Positions 18,025-28,003 of a stretch of DNA of 64,000 nt are shown here, in pieces. Below the pieces are notes generated by a model. That model ran no database searches. It was not told the origin of the DNA and worked only from the letters and a program-made list of their open reading frames with translations. Origin of the DNA: Sedimentisphaerales bacterium (GTDB lineage Bacteria > Planctomycetota > Phycisphaerae > Sedimentisphaerales > SM23-30); NCBI GenBank assembly GCA_963666285.1, contig OY762711.1; one strand, 5' to 3'. Both the position numbers and the translations under genes were made by a program. Numbering within the stretch: the stretch's first letter is position 1; every line of letters starts with the position of its first letter.

Positions 18025-21000
18025 CTATGAGGCTCTGATCTCTTTTACCGCACAATATAAAACTGGTACGACCAGCATTGTAAGAGTTTCTACAAGCATA
18101 CCTCCAAATACCGGTATCGCCATAGGAACCATAATATCTGAACCACGTCCCGTTGATGTCAATACAGGAATCAATGCCAGGATTGTAGTTGCAGTGGTCA
18201 TCAGGCAGGCCCTGACACGCCTTCTTCCCGCCTGGATAACTTTATCTCTTATTGCGTATTTATTATCTGGACATCCTTCTTTGAACATCTGTTCAAGATA
18301 ACTGCACATTACCACACCATCGTCAGAAGCTATACCAAATAGTGCCAAGAAGCCAACCCAGACTGCTACACTCAAATTGATCGGCCCCATCTGGAATAGC
18401 TCACGAAGATTAACGCCAAACACATCAAAATTACAGAACCAGCTTTGAGAATACAGCCAGATCATGATAAATCCGCCTGCCCAGGCAACAAATATCCCGC
18501 TAAACACCAGCATACTTGTCACTATTGACCGGAACTGTAAATACAAAATTATAAATATAATTAATAATGCTAGCGGGATTACCAGCCGTAATGTTTTCTG
18601 AGCATGCAGCTGGTTTTCATACGAACCGGCAAAAGTTAAGCTAACACCTTCAGGTCTTTGAAATTCTCCGGATGATTCTTTTTCAGACAGATACTTTTTA
18701 CAATTTTCTACCACATCAACTTCGGCATAGCCTTCTTTCTTATCGAATAAAACATACCCCAGCAGAGAAGTATCTTCGCTCTTTATTGCTTGCGGGCCAC
18801 GTTCATACTTTATATCCGCTATCAACCTCAAGGGTATCTGAACATCATCCACACCTGCAACGATAATATTTTCCAGGCTCTCGATACTGTCACGAAGTTC
18901 ACGCATATATCGGACTCGTACAGCATAACGCTCACGTCCTTCTACTGTTGTAGTAACATCCTTGCCTCCAATCGCTACCTCAATTACCTGCTGAACCTTT
19001 GCAATACTGATTCCATAACGTGCGATCGCATCTCGATCGATAGCTATCTCCAGATACGGCTTGCCTACTATCCTGTCAGCAATAACAGCTTCAGACTGAA
19101 CACCCTCAACATGCTTAATTAATGACTCCAGTTCCAAAGATACTTTCTCAATCGTTTCCAGGTCCGAACCTTTAACCTTTATACCCATCGGTGCCCTCAT
19201 ACCAGTTTGGAGCATCACAAGCCTTGTACCAATCGGTTGCAGCTTGGGAGCACTTGTACTGCCTGGTATTTTTCCAACCCGAACAATCTCATTCCAGATA
19301 TCATCAGGAGTTTTAATGTGGTCCCGCCATTGCCGTACCATATTTCCATTCTCATCCTGCTCATACTCCGGCTTATAATTAATTATGGTTTCTACCATGG
19401 ATATTGGAGCCGGATCTAATGGCGTATCAGCACGACCTATCTTTCCTACCACACTCTCAACTTCAGGTATCGACTGAAAAGCAATATCCTGCTTCTGCAG
19501 AATATCAAGTGATTCTCCTATTGAAGCATGAGGCATAGTTGTCGGCATATATAAAAATGAACCTTCATCTAATGGAGGCATAAATTCTTTACCTAAATTC
19601 TGCCAGATATGAATACCAAAAGCCAAAACACTTATCGGAAATAATATAAATATAAATTTATGATCAAGGCACTTTCGTAATATCACCCTGTAAAATGACT
19701 GAAATATAACAAAAAATAACAGCAGCCCCCCTATAACAAATACTATAAAAACAAAATTCAGTAATATTCCCTTTTCCAGTCCTAAAGGCATCCAATGTTT
19801 AGCCAGCAATATACCAACGAGCATTACCAGCACAATATTCAGAATAGGTCTCAAACGTTGTTTCATTCCATTATCTTGCTTAGGGCGTCCAATTATCATA
19901 TGGGCCAGCACAGGTAAAACAATAATAGCTACGATCACAGATGCAAGTAATGCATATGTCTTAGTATATGCCAGAGGTTTAAACAGCTTGCCTTCTGCAC
20001 CGGTCATGGAAAAAACCGGCAAAAAACCAACTACTGTTGTCGCTACTGCCGTTACTACTGCACCACTGACTTCTCTAGATGCCCTATATACAATTTCAAG
20101 CGAATTCTCTCGAGTGTTGGCTACCTTAAAGTGCCGGACAATATTTTCTGTGATAATAATGCCCATATCTACAATAGTTCCAATTGCAATTGCAATTCCT
20201 GACAATGCAACTATATTAGCATCAATCCTAAACATTTTCATTGCGATAAAACATAACAAAACAGTCAGCGGAAGCATGGAAGAGATAATCAGAGAACTGC
20301 TTAAGTGCATTACCATCACTACGACAACAATTACTGTTACCAGCATTTCGTCCCAAAGCGCCGACTCTAATGTTTGAAGCGTCTCTTTTATCAAACCTGT
20401 CCTATCGTAAAAAGGTACGATTGTTAACTTAGACACCTTACCATCTACCAGCTCTTTACTGGGCAATCCCGGCGTTATCTCATCAATCTTCTTCTTCACA
20501 TTCTTGATTGCTTCCAATGGGTTATACCCATAGCGAACAACCACAACGCCACCTACTGCTTCTGCCCCGCCTTTATCTAACACTCCACGCCGCAAAGCCG
20601 GACCTAATGATACATTTGCTACTTCACTTATCCTTACAGGTACATTATCATGTACTTTTACAACAGTCTTTTCAATATCTCCTGCACTTTTAACAAAGCC
20701 AAGACCGCGTATTACATATTCAACCTTGTTAACTTCAATTGTACGTGCGCCTACATCGATATTACTTGATTTTACCGCTGAAATTATCTCTTCAAGTGTA
20801 ACTCCATAATGACGCATGGCATCGGGGTCAACATCAATCTGGTATTCTTTTTCAAAACCGCCAATAGAAGCAACTTCACTAATACCTTCGGCACTCATCA
20901 GGCCGTATCGAACATACCAATCCTGGACACTGCGTAATTCATGCAGATCCCAACCTCCGGCCGGGTTCCCTTCTTCATCTCTGCCTTCCAGCGTGTACCA

Positions 21001-21486
21001 GAAAACCTGCCCTAATGCAGTTGCATCAGGTCCCAATGTTGGCTTTACTCCTTCTGGAAGGGTACCTGGAGAAAGTGAACTCAGTTTCTCAAGTACTCTG
21101 CTCCTCGACCAGTAAAATTCAATATTTTCATCAAAGATTACATAAATACTGGAAAAGCCGAAGAATGAATAACTTCTTACCGTCTTAACTCCGGGAACTC
21201 CTAAAAGCGATACTGTTAATGGATATGTTACCTGGTCTTCAACATCCTGCGGCGAACGGCCCATCCATTCTGTAAAAACTATCTGTTGATTCTCTCCTAT
21301 ATCTGGGATAGCATCAACCGGCACTGGTCTGCGCTCAACATAATCAGATTCCCAGTCAAACGGCGCAACAATAAATCCCCATCCAATCAATGCTATCAGT
21401 ACCAGCCATATAAGAAGTTTATTTTCAAGGCTGAACCTTATCAACCGACTTAATGGACTTGTTTGTTTTTGATTGTCATTATTCAT
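18025..21486 (-). CDS. cusA: Heavy-metal efflux RND permease (CusA/SilA type)
   Basis: VDAIPDIGENQQIVFTEW, LGPDATALGQV, GEFMPP-like KEFMPPLDEGSFLYMPTTMP, GIASDDGVVM. Start is ATG 21486 or TTG 21507. Confidence 0.9.
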   Translation of the reverse strand: MNNDNQKQTSPLSRLIRFSLENKLLIWLVLIALIGWGFIVAPFDWESDYVERRPVPVDAIPDIGENQQIVFTEWMGRSPQDVEDQVTYPLTVSLLGVPGVKTVRSYSFFGFSSIYVIFDENIEFYWSRSRVLEKLSSLSPGTLPEGVKPTLGPDATALGQVFWYTLEGRDEEGNPAGGWDLHELRSVQDWYVRYGLMSAEGISEVASIGGFEKEYQIDVDPDAMRHYGVTLEEIISAVKSSNIDVGARTIEVNKVEYVIRGLGFVKSAGDIEKTVVKVHDNVPVRISEVANVSLGPALRRGVLDKGGAEAVGGVVVVRYGYNPLEAIKNVKKKIDEITPGLPSKELVDGKVSKLTIVPFYDRTGLIKETLQTLESALWDEMLVTVIVVVVMVMHLSSSLIISSMLPLTVLLCFIAMKMFRIDANIVALSGIAIAIGTIVDMGIIITENIVRHFKVANTRENSLEIVYRASREVSGAVVTAVATTVVGFLPVFSMTGAEGKLFKPLAYTKTYALLASVIVAIIVLPVLAHMIIGRPKQDNGMKQRLRPILNIVLVMLVGILLAKHWMPLGLEKGILLNFVFIVFVIGGLLLFFVIFQSFYRVILRKCLDHKFIFILFPISVLAFGIHIWQNLGKEFMPPLDEGSFLYMPTTMPHASIGESLDILQKQDIAFQSIPEVESVVGKIGRADTPLDPAPISMVETIINYKPEYEQDENGNMVRQWRDHIKTPDDIWNEIVRVGKIPGSTSAPKLQPIGTRLVMLQTGMRAPMGIKVKGSDLETIEKVSLELESLIKHVEGVQSEAVIADRIVGKPYLEIAIDRDAIARYGISIAKVQQVIEVAIGGKDVTTTVEGRERYAVRVRYMRELRDSIESLENIIVAGVDDVQIPLRLIADIKYERGPQAIKSEDTSLLGYVLFDKKEGYAEVDVVENCKKYLSEKESSGEFQRPEGVSLTFAGSYENQLHAQKTLRLVIPLALLIIFIILYLQFRSIVTSMLVFSGIFVAWAGGFIMIWLYSQSWFCNFDVFGVNLRELFQMGPINLSVAVWVGFLALFGIASDDGVVMCSYLEQMFKEGCPDNKYAIRDKVIQAGRRRVRACLMTTATTILALIPVLTSTGRGSDIMVPMAIPVFGGMLVETLTMLVVPVLYCAVKEIRAS

Positions 21487-21547
21487 ATTATTCAGGTATT
21501 GTTGCAACTGAAATCGTCCGTTTTAATACTTACACAACTTGAAATGT

Positions 21548-21919
21548 CTACTTTTTAGCTTCCTCTTTGCCGCCAAACTGTGGAAGTTTAGCCAGATACT
21601 TCTCCGGATCCTCTTTAAATATCTTGTCGCAACCAGGACAGCAAAAATATACTTTCTTGCCCTTATATTCTACAAATATGTCTTTATTAATCGGGTTGCC
21701 CATTACCGGACATATTGTCTGCTCGCCCACTGCTTCCATTGCCTTTTCAGCACCTTCCTCCATCATAGCACTATGATCATGCCCTTCATGATTCATATCC
21801 TTATGATCCATTGGAGTTTTATTTTCCTGAACGCTTGCTTCTTTCTTGTCGCATCCTGAAAGAAATACAGCTATAATAGTAAATACAAACACAAATAGTT
21901 CTTTTTTTGAAATTTTCAT
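21548..21919 (-). CDS. YHS-domain lipoprotein with His/Met-rich linker
   Basis: Lipobox LSGC; MDHKDMNHEGHDHSAMM; QTICPVMGNPINKDIFVEYKGKKVYFCCPGC. Confidence 0.85.
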   Translation of the reverse strand: MKISKKELFVFVFTIIAVFLSGCDKKEASVQENKTPMDHKDMNHEGHDHSAMMEEGAEKAMEAVGEQTICPVMGNPINKDIFVEYKGKKVYFCCPGCDKIFKEDPEKYLAKLPQFGGKEEAKK

Positions 21920-21939
21920 AATATACCTCTTAAAATAAA

Positions 21940-23763
21940 TTATTTAACTTTGTTTACATCTTTAAACTGCGGCAATTTATCCAGATACTTTTCAGGATTT
22001 TCTAAAAACATATCATCGCATCCATCGCAGCAGAAATATACTTTCCTGCCTTTATACTCAACAAAAATATCTTTATTGATCGGATTGCCCATTACCGGGC
22101 ATAATGTCTGTTCAATCTCATCATTATCATCTACTTTACCTACTTTAAACTGGGGCAGCTTGTCTATATATTTTGCAGGATCTTCTAAAAACATATCATC
22201 GCAGCCATCACAGCAGAAATAAACTTTCTTGCCTTTATACTCAACAAAAATTTCTTTATTGATCGGATTGCCCATTACCGGGCATAATGTCTGTATACCT
22301 TTGGCGTTAAGAATAGCATTTTCATCTGGCTCACGTGGATTCATCATGCTATAATCAGCCTGTATCTGTAAAGCTGAATCTATCTTAAAATTACCATTTG
22401 TTACTACCTCATCACCTTCATCAAGTCCGGATACTACAAGATAAAATCCTCCGGCTCTTGGACCGAGCACTACCTCTTTACCTGCGAACGTAGGCTTCAT
22501 TTTTCCTGGTACCTTAATATAAACAATAGCCCTTTTCCCGGTAATAAGCGGCGCTGATACGGGGATAACCAGCGGCAGCTCTTTACCGGCTTCTGGCTTA
22601 AAATATCCTAAAAATTCTGTTGTAACCAGATCCATCTGGCATATATCACATATATCCTTGCTTTCTTTTACTACTGAAGGATGCATCGGGCAAATCCATT
22701 TCCCTGCCATTTCAGGCACCATAACCTCTCCTTCTGCTACCACCTGTGATTTAATCGTAGCCCTAACAAACATATCTGGTTTGAGCCGCCTGTCTCTATT
22801 ATCGACATTAACACGAACCTTTATACTTCTGGTTCTTTCATCAACTACTGGAGAAATAAAACTAACTACACCGTTAAACATTTCACCTGGGTAAGCCTCA
22901 GTATTAAATTCCACTTGCTGACCATACCTTAGCCATTGTAAATCCGGCTCATAAGCATCTAGCATCACCCACAAAACACTCATATCAGCAATTGTATATA
23001 TTTCAGTACCAGTTTTAACATATGCACCTTCATTTAAATGTTTTTCTATTACTATCCCACTTGACGGAGCATTAATTGTTACGAAATCCTCTGGCTTGCC
23101 ACTCTCTTCAATAGATTTAATCTGAGCTTCTGTCAAACCAAGCAATTTCAGTTTCTCGCGACCTGCTTTGAACGTAGCCTGGACAGAATGTTTAACCAAA
23201 TCTCCATCATCATCGTTAATAGTGTCATACGATGCTTTAGCTTGCAAAAACTCAGCCTGGGCGTTTATCAATTCAGGACTGTATATTTTAACCATATGAT
23301 CACCTAAAATAACCCTCGTACCGGTAAAATCAACAAATAAACGCTCAAGCCGCCCAGCCGTCCATGACGTTACATGTTTAATCGTAGTTTCATCAAAAGT
23401 CACTCTTCCCGTTAATCGAACTTCAGAAAAAACGGATTTCCGTTCAACCTTCGCTGTTTGCAGCTCCATAAGTTTGATAGCATTCTCACTAAATTCAATC
23501 TCTCCCGGCATAGTTTCGCCAATTGAAGAATCTTCCTTTATCAGATCCATGAAACATATAGGGCATTTGCCCGGTTCCGGCTGGCGTATCTGCGGGTGCA
23601 TCGAACATATCCATACTTCCTCTTGTACTGTCTCTGAATTCGACTCAGAATTATCAGCCTTATTACTAAATAGAACAGAAGCATAAAATCCAATAGCAAG
23701 CCCAGCCAAAGCAACTATTAGATAATAAAATACTTTACCTGATTGTCTGTATTTATATATCAT
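21940..23763 (-). CDS. cusB: RND periplasmic adaptor (CusB type) with two heavy-metal-binding motifs and two C-terminal YHS domains
   Basis: WICSMHPQIRQPEPGKCPICFMDL, YSPEL, LKPDMFV, WICPMHP...CDICQMDL, and two CPVMGNPI...YFCCDGC repeats. Confidence 0.88.
   Translation of the reverse strand: MIYKYRQSGKVFYYLIVALAGLAIGFYASVLFSNKADNSESNSETVQEEVWICSMHPQIRQPEPGKCPICFMDLIKEDSSIGETMPGEIEFSENAIKLMELQTAKVERKSVFSEVRLTGRVTFDETTIKHVTSWTAGRLERLFVDFTGTRVILGDHMVKIYSPELINAQAEFLQAKASYDTINDDDGDLVKHSVQATFKAGREKLKLLGLTEAQIKSIEESGKPEDFVTINAPSSGIVIEKHLNEGAYVKTGTEIYTIADMSVLWVMLDAYEPDLQWLRYGQQVEFNTEAYPGEMFNGVVSFISPVVDERTRSIKVRVNVDNRDRRLKPDMFVRATIKSQVVAEGEVMVPEMAGKWICPMHPSVVKESKDICDICQMDLVTTEFLGYFKPEAGKELPLVIPVSAPLITGKRAIVYIKVPGKMKPTFAGKEVVLGPRAGGFYLVVSGLDEGDEVVTNGNFKIDSALQIQADYSMMNPREPDENAILNAKGIQTLCPVMGNPINKEIFVEYKGKKVYFCCDGCDDMFLEDPAKYIDKLPQFKVGKVDDNDEIEQTLCPVMGNPINKDIFVEYKGRKVYFCCDGCDDMFLENPEKYLDKLPQFKDVNKVK
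21961..22294. repeat. Tandem duplication of the YHS coding unit (151-bp copies, 183-bp period); third diverged copy at 21575-21721
   Basis: 21961-22111 and 22144-22294 are near-identical, for example sharing ctttattgatcggattgcccattaccgggcataatgtctgt. Confidence 0.9.
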
Positions 23764-25088
23764 TTATCCAACTCCGGTTCTTCATAAGACAATGTACCGC
23801 CAGAAAGCTTTTCAAGTTCAGATATTTTTTGCATATAATCCACAACAGCTCTTTCGTAATTAAGCTTGTATTTCAATTGCAGCCTTTGAGCATCTATCAG
23901 AGAAAAGAACTCAAGAGTTCCTGACCTGTACGCGGCCTCACTGGTTATCACCAGGTCATTAGCTTTCTGCCCCAAAACACTGCCATATAGCTTTATTTTA
24001 CGTTTTGCCTCATTAATTTCATAAATCAGCTTTTCTGCCTGACTATACCTGTCATTAAGCTCTTGCTGCCTGCTATACTCTCGATTTCTGGCAACGGCAG
24101 CTGCCTGTGACTTAACTGCATTATTTTTGCCTGACCATAAGGGAATATTCATACCAAACATTAATGCCACAGCATCTTTGCCGCCGTTTTCAATTTCAGT
24201 ATCTGGTTTATCAATATTAATCCAATCCACTCCAACAGTAATATCTGGATAAGTAGTCTTAGCTGCTAATTTTTCATTTGCCCTGGCCGCCTCAACTTTT
24301 TGACCAAGTCCCAGAATCACAGGAGAATGTATGATATTAGACATTATTGCCTCTTGATCCATATTTACTTCATGCAATTGTAATTTTACTGGCCAGTCGA
24401 ATTCAATCCTCTCTGCACCTTTATCTAAATTCATGGCATTCTTCAATTCACTTACCAGGGGCTCCTGTAATCCCTGTAAGTTTTGGATTACATCATCGAT
24501 TAATGCCAATTCTATCTGAGCTCTTATTACGTCTGGATGCATAGCTGTTGATGTCTGATACTTCGTCCTTGCTATGGATTCATAATGCACCAACAGCTTT
24601 TTATTTTCACTGGCTATTTTCAATGCTGTTCCAACATATGAATATTCATAATATGCTTTTTTCACTCGATAGAATAAATCAAGCTTTTTGCTTTCAAAAT
24701 CATACCGGACTGCCTCAGCCATTGCCGTTGCCGAATCCTTTTTAGCATCCAGCTTCCCAAACCATGGAAACGCCTGTGCTATTCCAATCTTACTGCTTTG
24801 GGGGCCAAGTCTGGTTTCAATTTCTTCGACAAAATAAGTAAATGTAAAACGCGGATCACTTAATGCCTCAGCCTGCGGCACAACCGATAAAGCCGCCTTC
24901 CAGCTTTCAAATGCCGCCTTAAGTCCAGGATTATTTTTAGCTGATAACTCTAAATATATTTGTAAATCATTAGTATCCCCAAATACTTCAACTTCCGGCA
25001 TATTGACACTGGCTGTTTCCTGCGCAAAAATAAAACCACTTAAAATAATTTGTAACATCAATAATATAAATAGATTTCGCATGAACAT
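23760..25088 (-). CDS. TolC/CusC-family outer membrane efflux protein
   Basis: KNNPGLKAA, QAFPWFGKL, VKKAYYE, YPDITVG, IPLW, AYRSG; overlaps the cusB start (ATGA). Confidence 0.88.
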   Translation of the reverse strand: MFMRNLFILLMLQIILSGFIFAQETASVNMPEVEVFGDTNDLQIYLELSAKNNPGLKAAFESWKAALSVVPQAEALSDPRFTFTYFVEEIETRLGPQSSKIGIAQAFPWFGKLDAKKDSATAMAEAVRYDFESKKLDLFYRVKKAYYEYSYVGTALKIASENKKLLVHYESIARTKYQTSTAMHPDVIRAQIELALIDDVIQNLQGLQEPLVSELKNAMNLDKGAERIEFDWPVKLQLHEVNMDQEAIMSNIIHSPVILGLGQKVEAARANEKLAAKTTYPDITVGVDWINIDKPDTEIENGGKDAVALMFGMNIPLWSGKNNAVKSQAAAVARNREYSRQQELNDRYSQAEKLIYEINEAKRKIKLYGSVLGQKANDLVITSEAAYRSGTLEFFSLIDAQRLQLKYKLNYERAVVDYMQKISELEKLSGGTLSYEEPELDK

Positions 25089-25249
25089 ACCTCATGTTAT
25101 TTTATTCAAACACCCACTTATTACTAGGTCGGCATATTAGCATTTGCTCTCAAGATTATTACCTTTAAGTTCCATAAAATCAAATATTTATAATAATTAT
25201 AGGTCTATAAACTTATATTTGCAGGAACTTTAAGAATAATTCAATCAAA

Positions 25250-25267
25250 TATGAATACATATTCATA
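25250..25267. promoter_or_regulatory. ArsR/SmtB-like operator palindrome upstream of the efflux operon
   Basis: Perfect 8-2-8 inverted repeat TATGAATA-CA-TATTCATA. Confidence 0.55.
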
Positions 25268-25319
25268 CTATGAATGTAAACTTTATTAAAGAATGGATAT
25301 TCTTATATATCAGTGCATA

Positions 25320-26723
25320 TTATCGAGGAAATAATTTTAGCACCGTTCCGGGTTGATTCAAAACTACATAAATCGCACCATCTGGCCCACAGGCTACATC
25401 TCTTACCCGACCGCAATTTTTTAATATCACCTGTTCGTGTATAACACGATTATTCTTTATATTTAGAACTCGAACATCTTCATATTTTAATGCACCAACC
25501 AGCAATCGATTCTTCCACAACGGAAATAGATCACCCCTGTAAAAGTCTATGCCGCATACTGCAGTTGAAGGCTTCCAGTAAAATATCGGCTGCTCCATAC
25601 CCGGTTTGTCAGTCAGTTTTGTTATGCTCGATCCGTCATAATTTCGACCATATGAAATTACCGGCCAGCCATAGTTTTTCCCGCCTTCGACTAGATTTAG
25701 CTCATCTCCCCCAAGCGGGCCATGCTCCGAAATCCATATCTGACCCGTTAAAGGATGTGTTGCCATACCCTGCGGATTTCGATTACCATATGTATATATC
25801 GTTGGCAACGCATTAGCAGCACCGGCAAACGGATTGTTTTCCGGGATAGAACCGTCTCTATTGATTCGATGTATTTTACCATTTGGCCGGTTTAGCAGCT
25901 GTGCATGGTCCATCTCTCCCCTTTCACCTATTGAAAAATATAAATACCCCTGCGGATCAAAAGAAATCCTGCATCCATAATGGTGACGGGTTTCAAGGTA
26001 CGTATCATGCGGTGCTTCATATATCACCTGCTGGTCAATCCACGTATTACCTGCGATCCTGCCGCGAACAATTCTTGTCATTGCCGGCGGCCTGTCTCTG
26101 CCGGGTTCACTCAGCTTATGGCTGTATGATAAATATATCCAGCCATTCTCATCATATTCAGGATCAACTGCGACATCCAGCAGCCCACCTTGCCCTTCAG
26201 CCAATACTTCTGGAACTCCAGCCACCAGCTCAGATAAGAGAACACCATCTCTTACTATTCTCAAACGCCCCGGCCGCTCTGTAATTAAGGCATAATCTTT
26301 ACTGACAAAATCTATCGACCAGGGCACCTCCAGGTTTTCAGCATATTTTTCGATCTTGATCTCATAATCCATCGTCTGAACTGAATCTGGAATTGGCGGC
26401 TTGGAAATACCCGCAGCTCGCTCTGATTTAAGCAGATATTCAACCACTTGACTTATTTGCCGGTCAGATAATGATTTATTATATCCCGGCATTCCAAGAT
26501 GCTGGATACCATACCTGATATTCTGCCCTATCGCCCAACTACCTTCACCATACTGCCAGACACCGTCTGCCAGACTTTGAGCATTACCACCCTGTAAATC
26601 TATACCGTGACATGAACTGCAGGATTCTACATATATAGCCCTACCGGGATGTAAATCCAATTCCTGGGCCATTCCAAATGTTACAGAACCAAATACAATT
26701 AACAATATAATGCATTTTTTCAT
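25320..26723 (-). CDS. PQQ-dependent sugar dehydrogenase (GSDH family) with N-terminal cytochrome c domain
   Basis: Signal peptide, CSSCHG, MPGY, PWSIDF, TERPGRL, GQGGLLDV, YGNRNPQG, EHGPLGGDELN, NYGWP. Confidence 0.88.
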   Translation of the reverse strand: MKKCIILLIVFGSVTFGMAQELDLHPGRAIYVESCSSCHGIDLQGGNAQSLADGVWQYGEGSWAIGQNIRYGIQHLGMPGYNKSLSDRQISQVVEYLLKSERAAGISKPPIPDSVQTMDYEIKIEKYAENLEVPWSIDFVSKDYALITERPGRLRIVRDGVLLSELVAGVPEVLAEGQGGLLDVAVDPEYDENGWIYLSYSHKLSEPGRDRPPAMTRIVRGRIAGNTWIDQQVIYEAPHDTYLETRHHYGCRISFDPQGYLYFSIGERGEMDHAQLLNRPNGKIHRINRDGSIPENNPFAGAANALPTIYTYGNRNPQGMATHPLTGQIWISEHGPLGGDELNLVEGGKNYGWPVISYGRNYDGSSITKLTDKPGMEQPIFYWKPSTAVCGIDFYRGDLFPLWKNRLLVGALKYEDVRVLNIKNNRVIHEQVILKNCGRVRDVACGPDGAIYVVLNQPGTVLKLFPR

Positions 26724-26889
26724 TATTTAAGCCCCATCGTCAATTTGAAATCTTCAACTCTCAAAATATCTGCACAACCAAACCAGTGCTGTATTGCAGT
26801 CAAAATTTCGGCACTCAAAGATATTAGACATAAAAACACGCAAAACACTATTTTATGGTAGAAAAGCATTATTAGACACTAAAGAATAA

Positions 26890-26961
<72 letters not shown>

Positions 26962-27081
26962 ATAAGTCATTGACTTTCAAAAGAATATAACATTTTTCCT
27001 GCACTTGTCAAGCACATTTTTACCCCTCTAGCGGCATTTCTGCGTCAGAGTTGATTGCACTTTTACCTGTCTTGTTGTTAC

Positions 27082-27756
27082 TTAATGTAAGTGCAACTCC
27101 GACGGAAGTTGAGTAAAATCCTTAATAAGCCAATCTGGACTTTCATCTGCTAGTTGCATTTCTGGGAATGTGGTTGCTAACGCCAGACATTTAGCACCAG
27201 CTGCTTTGGCGGCACGGATACCAGATATGGAATCTTCGACCACCATACAATCTTCTGTAGAGTATCCAAGTGTCGTTGCCAACTTATTATATGGTTCTGG
27301 ATCAGGTTTGCCATTTATAACGTCCTCCGCGGTTATGATCACACGAAAAACATCTGCCAATCCTACTTTTGCCAACGCCAAATGGGCATTATCGGGAATG
27401 GCACTGGTAGCAATACCTACCGCTACGCCAGACTCGACAAGTTTTACTACAAAATCCACAGCCCCCGGAACGGCCGATACCGGTTCATTCTCCAGCAAGC
27501 TATGAAAATACTTCTCACGTTCAAACGTTAATGTCGCAACCTGACTGGCTTTCAAATCACCGCCTAACAACTGTCGGATGTTCTCCTCTGCTCGACGCCC
27601 GTTAGTAGCGAGTATCTGTTCTTGAGTAGGCTCGACACCATTTAACCTGGTGAAATCAGTCCAGACTTTATAATGCAAATCAGTAGTATCAACCAAAACG
27701 CCATCCAAGTCAAACATAACTGCTTTGAATGGATAATTATTTATCTTTATCGTCAA
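27082..27756 (-). CDS. HAD-family phosphatase (beta-phosphoglucomutase-like)
   Basis: FDLDGVLVDT, ATS, GKPDPEPY, VVEDSISGIRAAKAAG. Confidence 0.9.
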   Translation of the reverse strand: MTIKINNYPFKAVMFDLDGVLVDTTDLHYKVWTDFTRLNGVEPTQEQILATNGRRAEENIRQLLGGDLKASQVATLTFEREKYFHSLLENEPVSAVPGAVDFVVKLVESGVAVGIATSAIPDNAHLALAKVGLADVFRVIITAEDVINGKPDPEPYNKLATTLGYSTEDCMVVEDSISGIRAAKAAGAKCLALATTFPEMQLADESPDWLIKDFTQLPSELHLH

Positions 27757-27924
27757 CCTAAAACCTCATAAATCATTAGAATCGTTTTTTATTGATATAT
27801 AATCTACTAACCAGAACTTTTATACATTCTAATTAGCATTCTCATATACAACAGAGTAATAGTACCGGAATCAAATATTTGGTTCAAGTTTTTCTTATGG
27901 TTCGAAAAATAATCTCTTTACAAT

Positions 27925-27961
27925 AAAAAAAGGCAACCGGAATGAATAATACCGGCTGCCC
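27925..27961 (-). terminator. Intrinsic terminator of the 28004-29410 gene
   Basis: Minus strand GGCAGCCGG-loop-CCGGTTGCC-TTTTTTT. Confidence 0.7.
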
Positions 27962-28003
27962 TTATAAGATATTATGTTAAATTAACCTTAAACTAGTTAC
28001 ACA

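Noticed and set aside
21575..22294. Repeats as a CRISPR array or DGR template/variable repeat
   Set aside because: They are in-frame protein domain duplications, differences are not adenine-specific, and there is no cas or reverse transcriptase gene.
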